A stretch of 64,000 nucleotides of DNA, from NCBI GenBank assembly GCA_951406725.2, contig OX597814.1, forward strand, positions 62,682,001 through 62,746,000, written 5' to 3'. A program made the translations under genes and the position numbers. Numbering within the stretch: position 1 is the first letter of the stretch; every line of letters starts with the position of its first letter. This DNA comes from Octopus vulgaris. Taxonomy: Eukaryota. Shown here in pieces: positions 53,632-64,000 of the stretch. The notes beneath the pieces were generated by a model. The model worked only from the letters and a program-made list of their open reading frames with translations. It was not told where the DNA came from and did no database searches.

Positions 53632-54499
53632 TAATTTTCAGGTTGGGAACATCGACGAATAGTACAGAAGTTATGTACGAATCGTACACAATCCTTCGCA
53701 TTTTTAATTCTAATGTTTTAAATAAGTTCCCTGAAGCTATTTATTCGTGTAACCATAGATATTATTTAACTTTTAAGAGTAAATTTAAATTCAAACCCGC
53801 ATAGTAACATTTTCTACAGTACCACAATTTATTGCCACTTGGTTATAATTAAAAAATAAAATTAAAAATTAAAAAAACTACCAACTGCCCTCTTAATAAT
53901 TTCCATAACACGTACGTTTCGTATATAAAACCTAAATTAATTAATACTTCCAAAACAATTAAACACATTTCTGGCGCAAGCACTATTCTTCTCTTTTCCC
54001 CGATGACGGGGGCATTCCTTCGAAGTAAATCGTAAGATTCACATGTACTCTCGGAATGAAACGTTGAAACGATCGTAGGAATACTTCTTTTCATTTAAGT
54101 ATGGTACTAAAAAGACGCTTTTTGAAAATGTATTACTCCCTGCATTCCATAATTTTAAAACAAAATGTCTTTCTATATATACATTTTATTATCCTCATCT
54201 ATATCTTTATCTATACTCCATTATATTTATATATGTATATATTTATTTGTCCTTGCATATTTTTAACACTCATATATATTTTTATATTTCTATAACTCTA
54301 TATTTTGAAAATATTAATATATGTTTTAGACAATTTTTTTTATTAAATCCGTAGATGTATACACCAATCGTAGTCTGCTTGAGTTGAACGTCTTCCCTGT
54401 ATCTCTTGACCTTGTCTAGTGTCTCGGGTTTGACTCGAGCACTTCCATGCTTTCTATGATTTATAATATACATGTGTGTGTGTATGTCTGTGTTTTTTC

Positions 54500-54640
54500 T
54501 CTGCTGTCATCGCTTGACAACTGATGCTTTATGTCCCCGTTTGTGTCCCCGTAACCTAGCGGCCAAAGTGAATACGTACTAGACTTACAAAGAATAAGTC
54601 CTGGGATTGATTTGTTCGAATAGAACCCTTTAAGACGGTA
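54500..54640 (+). mobile_element. SINE family C fragment
   Basis: GTCCCCGTAACCTAGCGG...AAAGAATAAGTCCTGGG. Confidence 0.65.
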
Positions 54641-54644
54641 CTAC

Positions 54645-57485
54645 CACCGAACACGCCCCGCCGTCACCTGTCACCCGTTTCCATTCACCTACCCCCCACC
54701 ACCCTACCTCTCCAACGCACCACTCACCCTGCCTTCTGGTGACTCCTGTCCGACCTCTCCCTTCCTTCAAACGAGCCCATAACCTACGAGACCTCTTGGT
54801 CCACAGCTTCTTCCCTAACCCAGCCTCCTAGCCCGGCTCGTTCCCCTGCTCACGCCCACGCTGTCGCACTTGTCCTTACCTTCCCAACACCAGCCTCCTC
54901 ACAGGCACCCATCATCGACCTTATCATATCACTGACTCCTTCACCTGCACTTCTAGCAATGTTATCTTCTCCAGCTCCTGCTCTCTCTCTGTCCTTATCT
55001 ATACATCGGTCAAACGGGATGCCGCTTGGCTGACCGGTTCGCGGAACACCTCCGAGACATCAATCTCGGCAGTGACATCTCGGTCTCGCGCCATTTCCGC
55101 TCTACCGGTCACACCACATCACACCACATCACACCACCCCGCATACACTAGCACTGACCACTTCCTAGCACCTACACCATCATCCATACACCTAAACGTG
55201 CACACACGCACACGTCAATGTCACCAGCCCCCTTCCACAGGAACATACACACTCTCACAAACACATTCACGTGCACCTTCATTTTGGTATCACCACTACT
55301 TTATTATCTTCCCTTTTTCGTAGCTCTCCTGTGTGACCCCTCTGTCCGGTATTTGCCATGATAGATCGTTAGCCAATAAACCTTTTTCTATTTTCTCTCC
55401 CTATTTATTTTTGTGGTCCTTTCTGTCGAAGAGCGTAGGCTCGAAACGTAAAATACTTTCTCACTTCCCGAGCGTTAAACTAATACATCTGCTTGTTGTT
55501 TGCACACCTGTCTTCGGCTTTTGTTTTTTTTTTTGTAAATTCTCACTATATATTACACGCTCACGTGGTTGCTCCAGTTTTATTCAGTCTCCACCTCCAT
55601 TTCGAACTTTTCATGGATACTCTACCTGGATTTTCTTCTACTCTCCAACACTTCGGCTGCACCTCTCCTGCCCATGGATTACACTATACTTCCTTTGATG
55701 AGAAATTTCTCCAATACACCACGACGTTTGAACCTTTTGAACTTTTCTAAACTTTTTTGTACTTTCTGCTTTTTCCTTTCGTTTCTCTCAATCTGCACTT
55801 GTTACCTTGCCTGTCTTTCAGCCCTTTCTTTTTCCCTTTTCTCTTCTCTTCTTCCTTTCTTTTTTACTTCTTCCCCCTTCTTTCTCTCCTTGTTTTTATT
55901 TTTTCTTCTCCTCCCACCTCTTGTATTTTTTCTCCCCACATCTTTTGAATTTTTTCTTCCTCAAATCTTTATTTTCTTTCTCTCTCGTCCCTCTTTTTCC
56001 CTTTTTTTCTCCTTTCTCTATTTTCTTCTCGCTTTTCAATCATGCCTGATTACAAACCTTTCCTTCCCCACCTTCAGCACCGTCTACAAAAACCACCTTT
56101 CCGCTGCTTTCAACCTTCTATTAACCTTTACCTTCTAATTTTCAAAAAGAAAAAACATGCTTCTACAGTCACATTTCCTTTCTCAGTCGCTGCCTTTGCT
56201 TCAACCATCCTACCTATATTCCATACTACATCCTACCGTCTTATGCGCGCCACCATTCGTTCTAATCTCTCCAACATACACACCATCGATCACCTTTTCC
56301 CTCTGGCTCTTTCCATCTTCTCCTCCCAGTTGCCCTCACATGGTAACACTACTTTACGTTACATAATTCATTTAAATCATCTCTTTCATCAATTTCTCGC
56401 TCACATCAATGTAAACTCCACTCACTCCTCCATTCAATCATACCCAATGCCACTACCCCAACTCCTCCCCTACCCCTCTCCCTCTCTGATACGCTCCCCC
56501 TACCCTTATCAAACCCCCGTCCCTCCCAAACCTCCATCCACATACCGGTCATCCCCTCCCTCCCAGCCTTCCACTAATCCACCACCGCACCACCCCTCCT
56601 ACTTCTGTCCCATCCAACCCATCTCCACTTCAGATCTTCCCATCACTGAGTCGGAGCGCTCCCTCCTCAATAGGGGTCTGCTCTTCATCCCCCTCATTCC
56701 ATCAGCAACGAATTTCGGACTCGTGCCGATATCCACAGCTTTGTGCGCCGCGTTAGGTTGTGTGCGCTTTTCCGCAACACTCCATCTGCATCTAATGAAG
56801 GGGACTGCTTCACCGACATGGGCCGCCGACCATGCCAGTGGACGCCAGCTCCTGGCCAGTTCCAAGCAGTCGATCTTTTTGCGGGCGCCTGCCAGCGTGC
56901 TGTGGACCAGTTTGACTTTTCGAATCGTCCCCGACATCTGAACATCTCCCCGGCCGAACTCTCGGCCCTTCGATGTCTACGACACCACACGGACATTTTC
57001 ATAAAACCGGCTGACAAGGGTGGAGCGGTGGTGGTCAGGTGCGCGGACCTCTACAAGGCCGAATCATTCTGCCAACTTCAAGAACCTCCTTCTACTGCCC
57101 TCTGCCCTCCAACCCCACGCCCAATTACCAACAGACTGTGTCCTCCACTATCCATGACCTCATCTCCTCCCGTCTCCCCCACCTCTTCTAACCTCATTGT
57201 CCGCAACCCTCGCACTCCCACAATTTACTTCCTCCCCCAAATCCACAAACCTAACAACCCTGGCCGCCCCATCGTCTCCGCCTGCAAATGCCCCTCCGAA
57301 CTCATCTCCAGATATCTTGACCGTGTTCTTGCTCCCCTAGTGGCTTCCCTCCCCTTTCACATCCATAACAGCAACCATGCTCTTCGTTTGTTCAACTCTT
57401 TCTCCTTCCCTTTTGACCCCTCTAAACTTCTCTTCACTCTTGACATCAAGAGCCTATACACGGTGATCCCTCACCACGAAGGACT
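54645..57485 (+). mobile_element. Second Penelope-like element in partial-tandem layout: GIY-YIG tail and pseudo-LTR, then N-terminal ORF and truncated RT
   Basis: PCSRPRCRTCPY, FTCTSSNVI, YIGQTG..LADRFAEHLRDI (54840-55065); IKPADKGGAVV, IYFLPQIHKP..PGRPIVS, LFTLDIKSLYTVIPH (57000-57480). Confidence 0.85.
55416..55456 (+). ncRNA. Hammerhead-like motif with non-canonical core in the pseudo-LTR
   Basis: GTCCTTT-CTGTCGAAGA-GCGTAGGCTC-GAAA-CGTA-AAATAC. Confidence 0.45.
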
Positions 57486-59264
57486 GTGTGATATATATGT
57501 ACCTTCAAATATACATACAACTAAAGAATGACAACCTTCGTTACCACCAAGATGCACCCTCGTTCCACTTGTTACAGTACGCGGAACGGAAAGCACTATA
57601 CTACGATGCAATCTGCGATGCACTTCACAACAATGCAACACTACCGTCGCACAAAGAATTCGTCCACCATGGAAGCCAATGAACGCGTCATTTCGACAGC
57701 TAAACACCAGAAACCAAGTGGAAGAAAATACGGAAGCCAGCACATGCTACCTTTTCGGCACAGACACACTTTTCATCCCATCCCGACGTACAGACCCTGC
57801 TTTGTCTACGAAATTTTGTACGTATATAAGACTCTTACATAGACTCTCAACAACTCTTTTTCTTCGCATGCATATCTTTATTTTTCAACACGTCTGTGCC
57901 AGCTCAACTCTTTTCTCGACTCGATGCACGTCGAATGTTCACATGCTCTGCGCTCATGTTAGACATAATTTCCCTATGTTAGATCCCTGTTTAATCACGT
58001 AATGAATGGAGAAAATTACCTGACTCGCGCATCACTCCAGCATGCTACACTGACGTTCTTGTTAACTTCAGAAATTAACCACGACAACAGCGCCAGATAC
58101 ATTTCACTTCTGAAAAATCTTCAAGGCATTTCACACATTGCAATCCCGCAGGAAAATCTTCGATATCATAGATTGAGAATACACTTACTCGCTCACCTGA
58201 GCTTATTTTACAGTGAATTTTGATACGTGCACTTGCACTCGTGTACACGCCCTCTCCCGCACGCACGCGCTAACTCATTTTCCGTACTACCCAATCACTG
58301 ACTGCATATCTTGGCACGCAAAGCGACACTGCTATTCGGACTTATACGAATAGAAAATTGTCCCGTATAAACTTCAGTGATCCTCTCTCGTGATATGCAA
58401 AATTTTTCCTCAGCCATGCATTTCTTTCCCTTACTCGGTCGTTCGTTTCCTTTTCTCGGAACCTCTGTGGAGAGGTTGTGATGTAGTGGCTTCTTGTAGG
58501 CATAGTGTGGATTCCATCCTCGACAGCCAAATTTCACTTAACAGTTCAACAGAACTTTTATCACGGTAAAATAATAGTTTTTCTGTGAGTGACAGCAGTT
58601 ACATTTGCCAGATGCCTTCGCTAAGCAGAATAATGTATTTGCCACTTGACCCTTCTAACCTCTACTAGGCCACCAAATGTTAGAATTGAAGTAAAAGGTA
58701 CCACCAACGAAATCTATTGTTCTGAACAATATGTCTATCCTTCTGGCGGGATTTGGATAGTTATAAAAGCAAGAACTCCGTATGCCAAAGTAAGTTAGTG
58801 AGAACTGAGTCTGGCTGACCGGCTGAACAAAACGCTGTCTCTGAAGGAAAAGGCGCAAAAGGACAACTATGATAACTCATCAATGAAGCAGTTGTTTTGT
58901 CCTACCATTCTCACTTTCACTAACTTTCTTTTCTCTTGATAGTGTAGAAGTGGCTGTCTGCCAGTAGAAAGGAAAAAAGCAAGGTATGCACGGTGCTGAC
59001 TAGAAAGGACTATCGCAAACAGCAGTAGCTTTCATCAACTGAATACACATTACCATATCTCTCTATATATACTACTATGAGATCGTGTATACACATATAC
59101 AGGCCGAAATAAACTTTCTTTACCTTGCATGTTTTACGAACTGTGTTATACTATTACACTAACCTACCCGTCAAGGTATGGCATATATTAATGTAACGGT
59201 AAATAAATATTTCTTCGTTCATCTTTCGCATCTTACAACATGCCGTTACAATAACAACAACTGT

Positions 59265-59285
59265 TACACACACACACATCTCGCG

Positions 59286-59346
<61 letters not shown>

Positions 59347-59632
59347 TATGTCTATATATATATGTTTATAAATATTATGTATATAACATATATATATCAT
59401 ATATATAATATATAAATATTATATATGTATAAATATAATATATGTATAATATATACATACATACGTATAGTTATACAGACATGTGCGTGCGTGTGTGCGT
59501 GTGTGTGTGTGTGCGTGTGTGTGTGCGTGCGTGTGTGTGTGTGTGTGTGTGTGTGCGTGTGTGTGTGCGTATGTGTGTGTGCGTGTGTGTGTGTGTGCGT
59601 GTGTGTGTGCGTATGTGTGTGTGCGTGTGTGA
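59265..59632. repeat. Compound (CA)/(CT)/(TA)/(TG) microsatellites
   Basis: Direct reading of the sequence. Confidence 0.9.
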
Positions 59633-61149
59633 GTTTGAGATGTATTCCCAAAATTATTGAATAACGTGAATATTAGTGCATGATAAATATATAACTGTCC
59701 TCATTATACTGAATTATTCACTTACGGTCTCATATGGATTCATTACACATACTTACACCCCCACACACGCACAACGTACACCCACGTTAACACACACAAT
59801 ACATACTTACATGCATATATACATACACAAATACATACATATATATGTGTGCGTGTGTTTGTATCGAGAATGAATGAAAGAGAGAGAAAGAGTAAAAAGC
59901 ATATAATAAGGTTCAGTGTACAAACATAAGATTGAACCGACGACGGAGCCTATACATTGTAGTCGATCGGATAGTAACTGCACCCTACAACCGTGCTTTA
60001 CTTTGAACATGGTTTACTTTGAACATTTTTCACAAAATTTCGTATTTTAGAAGTTAGTTCGTGTTAAAGTTGTTGTATTTGGGCAATTTTAACCAATCAA
60101 TGACGTGTATTCAGTTGATGAAAGCTACAACTTCCGGGCCATCTCTACTAAATGTCACCACTGTACTATTCATGTTATCCTTTCTTCCTTTCTAGTCAGC
60201 ATCATGCATTCCTTACTCTTTTCCTCTCAACTGGCAGACAGCAACTTTTACACTATCAACTACCAACGAGCAAGCAAACTAGTCACTGCCACTGCAATTA
60301 CTGTATTTTCAAGTGTATAAGCCGCTATTTTTTACCTGGAAAATTTAGTGTGCGGTTCATAGAAAGGTGCACCTAATATGTGTACTTTTTTATAAGTTTC
60401 AAGAGGAAAATATTTTGTGTATAGAGATCGACTGATTCCACTGATTTTTTCAGAGGAAAGATCGGTTGGTAAACAATGTGAAAAACTACGGCTACAGTAC
60501 ATTGGTGCCTGGAAGAAAACAAAGCATATTTGTTTTGTTTTTCCTTCTTGTTTTGATAATGTTATTTTTAATCTAATGAAGACTTTTATATTGACGAAAT
60601 GTGTCTGTTGTTGATTACAATAAGATAAAATCATAACAATAACAATACATCGCACAGTTGTAAAATAAGTCTTTTTGAAACTACAAGAAAAAAGCTAGCT
60701 GCGGACCTGTAGCTCTATAAGTCTTTTAAACACCGGTGCGTTTTATGTGTGGATAAAACCAAATTCGGCCCTGTGACTTAAATACCAATGTTTGGCAAAC
60801 GAATAAATATATGTAAATAATATTTCTTCCTACTTGGTGTTGATTCTTCGATGTTTAATGGTTACTCCGACGCGAGAACCAAACAAAAAAAGAAAAAAGA
60901 AAAAAGAAAAAAGCGTGTAATACGCAACACAAACAGTAATCGAAATATTGACCTGCATTTCATATCTTGTCGTTAGTGCCCTGTTTTGATTGGTAATTCA
61001 TAACACGTAAGAGACGGTAACCGCCAAAGGTACTGTTCTAAGTTAGATATAGATGGATACCAAAACTAAACAGGTATAGGATCACAAAATATACAATGGT
61101 TTGTCGTTGATAAGTTCCCCTCCTTCCATACTTACAATCTGGAAGGGCA

Positions 61150-63290
61150 AATTCTTGAACGTAGTTGAGTTAATTATTTACTCATAAATATAAAGCAAAT
61201 ACTGAATTGACTGGATTTAACTATTTGATTGGTGCATTCTTTTGGAAAAAACTGATATAAGATCTACTTCCAGCTGTAATTGTATTTCTCCAAAATGCAG
61301 CTCCAATCTTTTGCTACAATTGTGTCAAAAACAAAAATGGTCGATAATATATAACAGTCAATTGCCGATTGTCAGTTACATTCTATATTTCCAAGGTAGA
61401 TTTCCTTCAAATGTACGCCATGAACTCTGCTTAAGCGAGAAGTTATTCATGTTATTTCAAAACAACAGTTTATTAAAATATCAACGATATTAGGTTATTG
61501 CTGACGGCTAGAAATACAATTGATGCAGTTATACGTATCCTTTTATTACCCTATTTATTTTGAAATACACTGCTTTCACTTCAATTAATTTTGAAAATGA
61601 TTAAGAATTTAATGAATTCTATTTATATTTATCCGGTGTTTGGTACATAAATTAGTATGAAATTTTGATGCAAGGCTTTCATTTAAACCGCTTTGAAACA
61701 GGACGTTTATATAGTGAACAAAGAGCGGTCTCATGCGGTTAAATTGATTAAAAATTCAGAACACTCTTACTTACATGAAACAGATTACCTCCTGTCTAAA
61801 ATGTTTTAAATACACCTACACACTTGCAGCTATGCTATTGTCATGAGTTTTATATTTCTGAGTAAATAAACTTACTCTACACTCATTATATACCAATCAT
61901 CAAGGTCTGTTTCTTAATCTACTGAAGATTGACGAATTCAGAATAATGATTTGTGAAGATTCAATGTTTGATAAATTATAGCCCTTTGCATTCAGACTTG
62001 AATACACTTCTTTCTACTTCTTGCCTGCACTGATATTTTTGAATGCCCCAACTCACACACATCATACTAAGTATTTGTGTTAGGTATTTTTGCTGAAGTA
62101 ATGGATATATGTAGTATGGATTCAACCTTTTGACTGATATCTTATTGACTAAGCCAGTTGCGATTTTGTAAGATTAAACACAGGTGTTCAATCTTTTCAT
62201 ACCATTGGTCGATCATTCAAACCATGGCTATAACGTTGTCTCCGATTATATAAGCTTCGTTTACATTTAAGACAGCTGTATGAGGTTTGAAGAAAAATTA
62301 AATACAATGTTCGCACGTCGAAAAATTACGTAGAAGCTTTCTTGTTGGCTCGAAGGATCAAATGTAAATTAGATGCTCAGAAGCTGGCATAACATTTTAG
62401 ATTTATGTTCATTCACACAAACGTAGACTGTCCACAAGAGCTTAATTATAAACAACTTAATCAAATTACAGCTCAAACAAACGAAAGAGTTCTGGATATG
62501 AAATACTGACACATGATATATTGAATCATAGTTCAACAGTGCAACGTGAAGAATATGCATCTAAGTCTAATTGCTAGAAAGTAACAGCTTGACTTTATAT
62601 AATTGTCAGCTTTTATCTGCTGGTGTTAAGAAAATAAGCTCTCAGTAACATTCTAGATACAAAACCATATATAGGGACACATTATTAAAGAGGCATTCTT
62701 GTTATTCCTTTTTGTCTTCATTATATTGAAGTTTCTTTTTTTTTCTACTGAAGAAGCATTTAAACAAACACAATAATCAACTTGTTGGAGAACAAAAGTG
62801 TCGTGAAAGCTTACAATCTGGTGACCCAGATGATGAAAAAGAATATGTGATGTGTCCGTCATCAAGCCTCTCGCAAATGCAAGTTGTAATGGACAGATTA
62901 TGTTGTTGTTTATGATAATGATAATTTTGATTACAATAATGGTAATAATGATGATGTTGATAATCGTGTGGCTGTGTATGTGCGTGCGTGTGTGAAATTG
63001 ATTCTTGATTAGTCTCCTTCAATTTAGGAGTTTCCAGATTTGAGAAAAGTAAAAATATAATGAAACTTTGGGAAAAGGCTGCAATGTTTGGGTACTTTCG
63101 TCGGCAGCTCGAAACCATATTGATATGATCCATGGTGGTTGTCAACCTATTTGAATATAATTTTATGGATATCCTTCAATCGGAATTATATGACACTAAA
63201 ACCTTTATCATAATGTCATTGAAAATCTTTAAGAATTCTCAAAACTGACCATAGCCTACTCAAGTAAAGTATATCTCACCCTGCCTCTTA
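61150..63290 (-). pseudogene. Possible further decayed VWA3B-like exon relics
   Basis: Minus-strand fragments EIYFT, HINMVSSC/DESTQTL, LQQVDYCV..EKKRNFNIMK and IIGDNVIAM recall vWA and DUF4537 motifs. Heavily interrupted and judged by eye. Confidence 0.25.
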
Positions 63291-64000
63291 CATTAATTAT
63301 TCCTTCGTAACAATAGAATAGACAGTGTAAAAGCGAGATAGTGAGAGTTATGTAGAAAAAAAAATACAAGTAGCACCGACCTCATGGAAGATACTAAAGG
63401 GAATTTTGTGACTAAGCGCTTTCTGATGATATTAGTCCCTCGGAGACGTGGGATACACCTAGGTTTTGTATGTTATTATCTTTATAGTAGTAGTGTTTAT
63501 CGTATTGTGTTGTTCTGCAATGATCGAAATGTTGCTCTGCAGTCACTTCTTGTCCTTAAATAGCTTTGATCAGCCTGTATGCTATGCTACCACAATTCGC
63601 ATAACAGTGCCATGACTGTTGTGTCGTCTATTTAAAAGCTGAACCTGCTCCATTTATTGTTCATTGTTATAAGCAACCCTAGCTAGTTCAAAGTTGTCGG
63701 CGACGTAAGTAATTTTTCATTCATCAGTGATACTACAGTTATTTGGTAATAATCGTCAGTATTTGCCTGTCTAAATTTGTATTGAAACAATTATATAATA
63801 TTCCATTGTTTTTCGTAATCTTCCTTTGCTTTAAAAAGTGGAATATTTTGAATTTTCCATTTGCATAGATGTCTAAATCTTCCATTTCAAGAGTGGATCC
63901 TATGTTTTTTAAAAAAATTTTAATGCACCATAACTCAGGCCATGAAGTTCATTCCTGTTTGGCCGATGCAGTACTCATTGCAGTGCCGAAGTGTGATGCA

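Noticed and set aside
55569-56941. Long Phe/Leu-rich and Pro-rich ORFs as membrane or host proteins
   Set aside because: Low-complexity pyrimidine-rich sequence within the Penelope element's 5' region.

Overview
Eukaryotic, AT-rich, microsatellite-dense genomic DNA. The SINE, LINE and microsatellite make-up is the kind I associate with Octopus/cephalopod genomes; this is an inference. I see no intact host gene, and almost every long ORF is a retroelement remnant or a microsatellite artefact. Contents: four Tx1/L1-like insertions tied to (TATC)n/(TATG)n tracts, a near-full-length RTE LINE with a PHD-like finger, two Penelope-like elements with hammerhead-like motifs, two R4/Dong-type RLE LINE fragments at (TAA)n, a CR1 fragment, a fossil Helitron Rep-helicase plus three non-autonomous Helitrons, Tc1/mariner and hAT relics, and many SINEs. 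Best leads: (i) an apparently (TATC)n-targeted Tx1 family with a non-autonomous derivative and conserved twin 3'-UTR hairpins; (ii) different retroelement clades sitting in different microsatellite types; (iii) a 36-bp hairpin whose only non-Watson-Crick pairs are G:U on the + strand; (iv) hammerhead-like motifs with non-canonical cores; (v) recurrent fold-back palindromes. Element boundaries were read by eye and are approximate unless a TSD or terminus is quoted.
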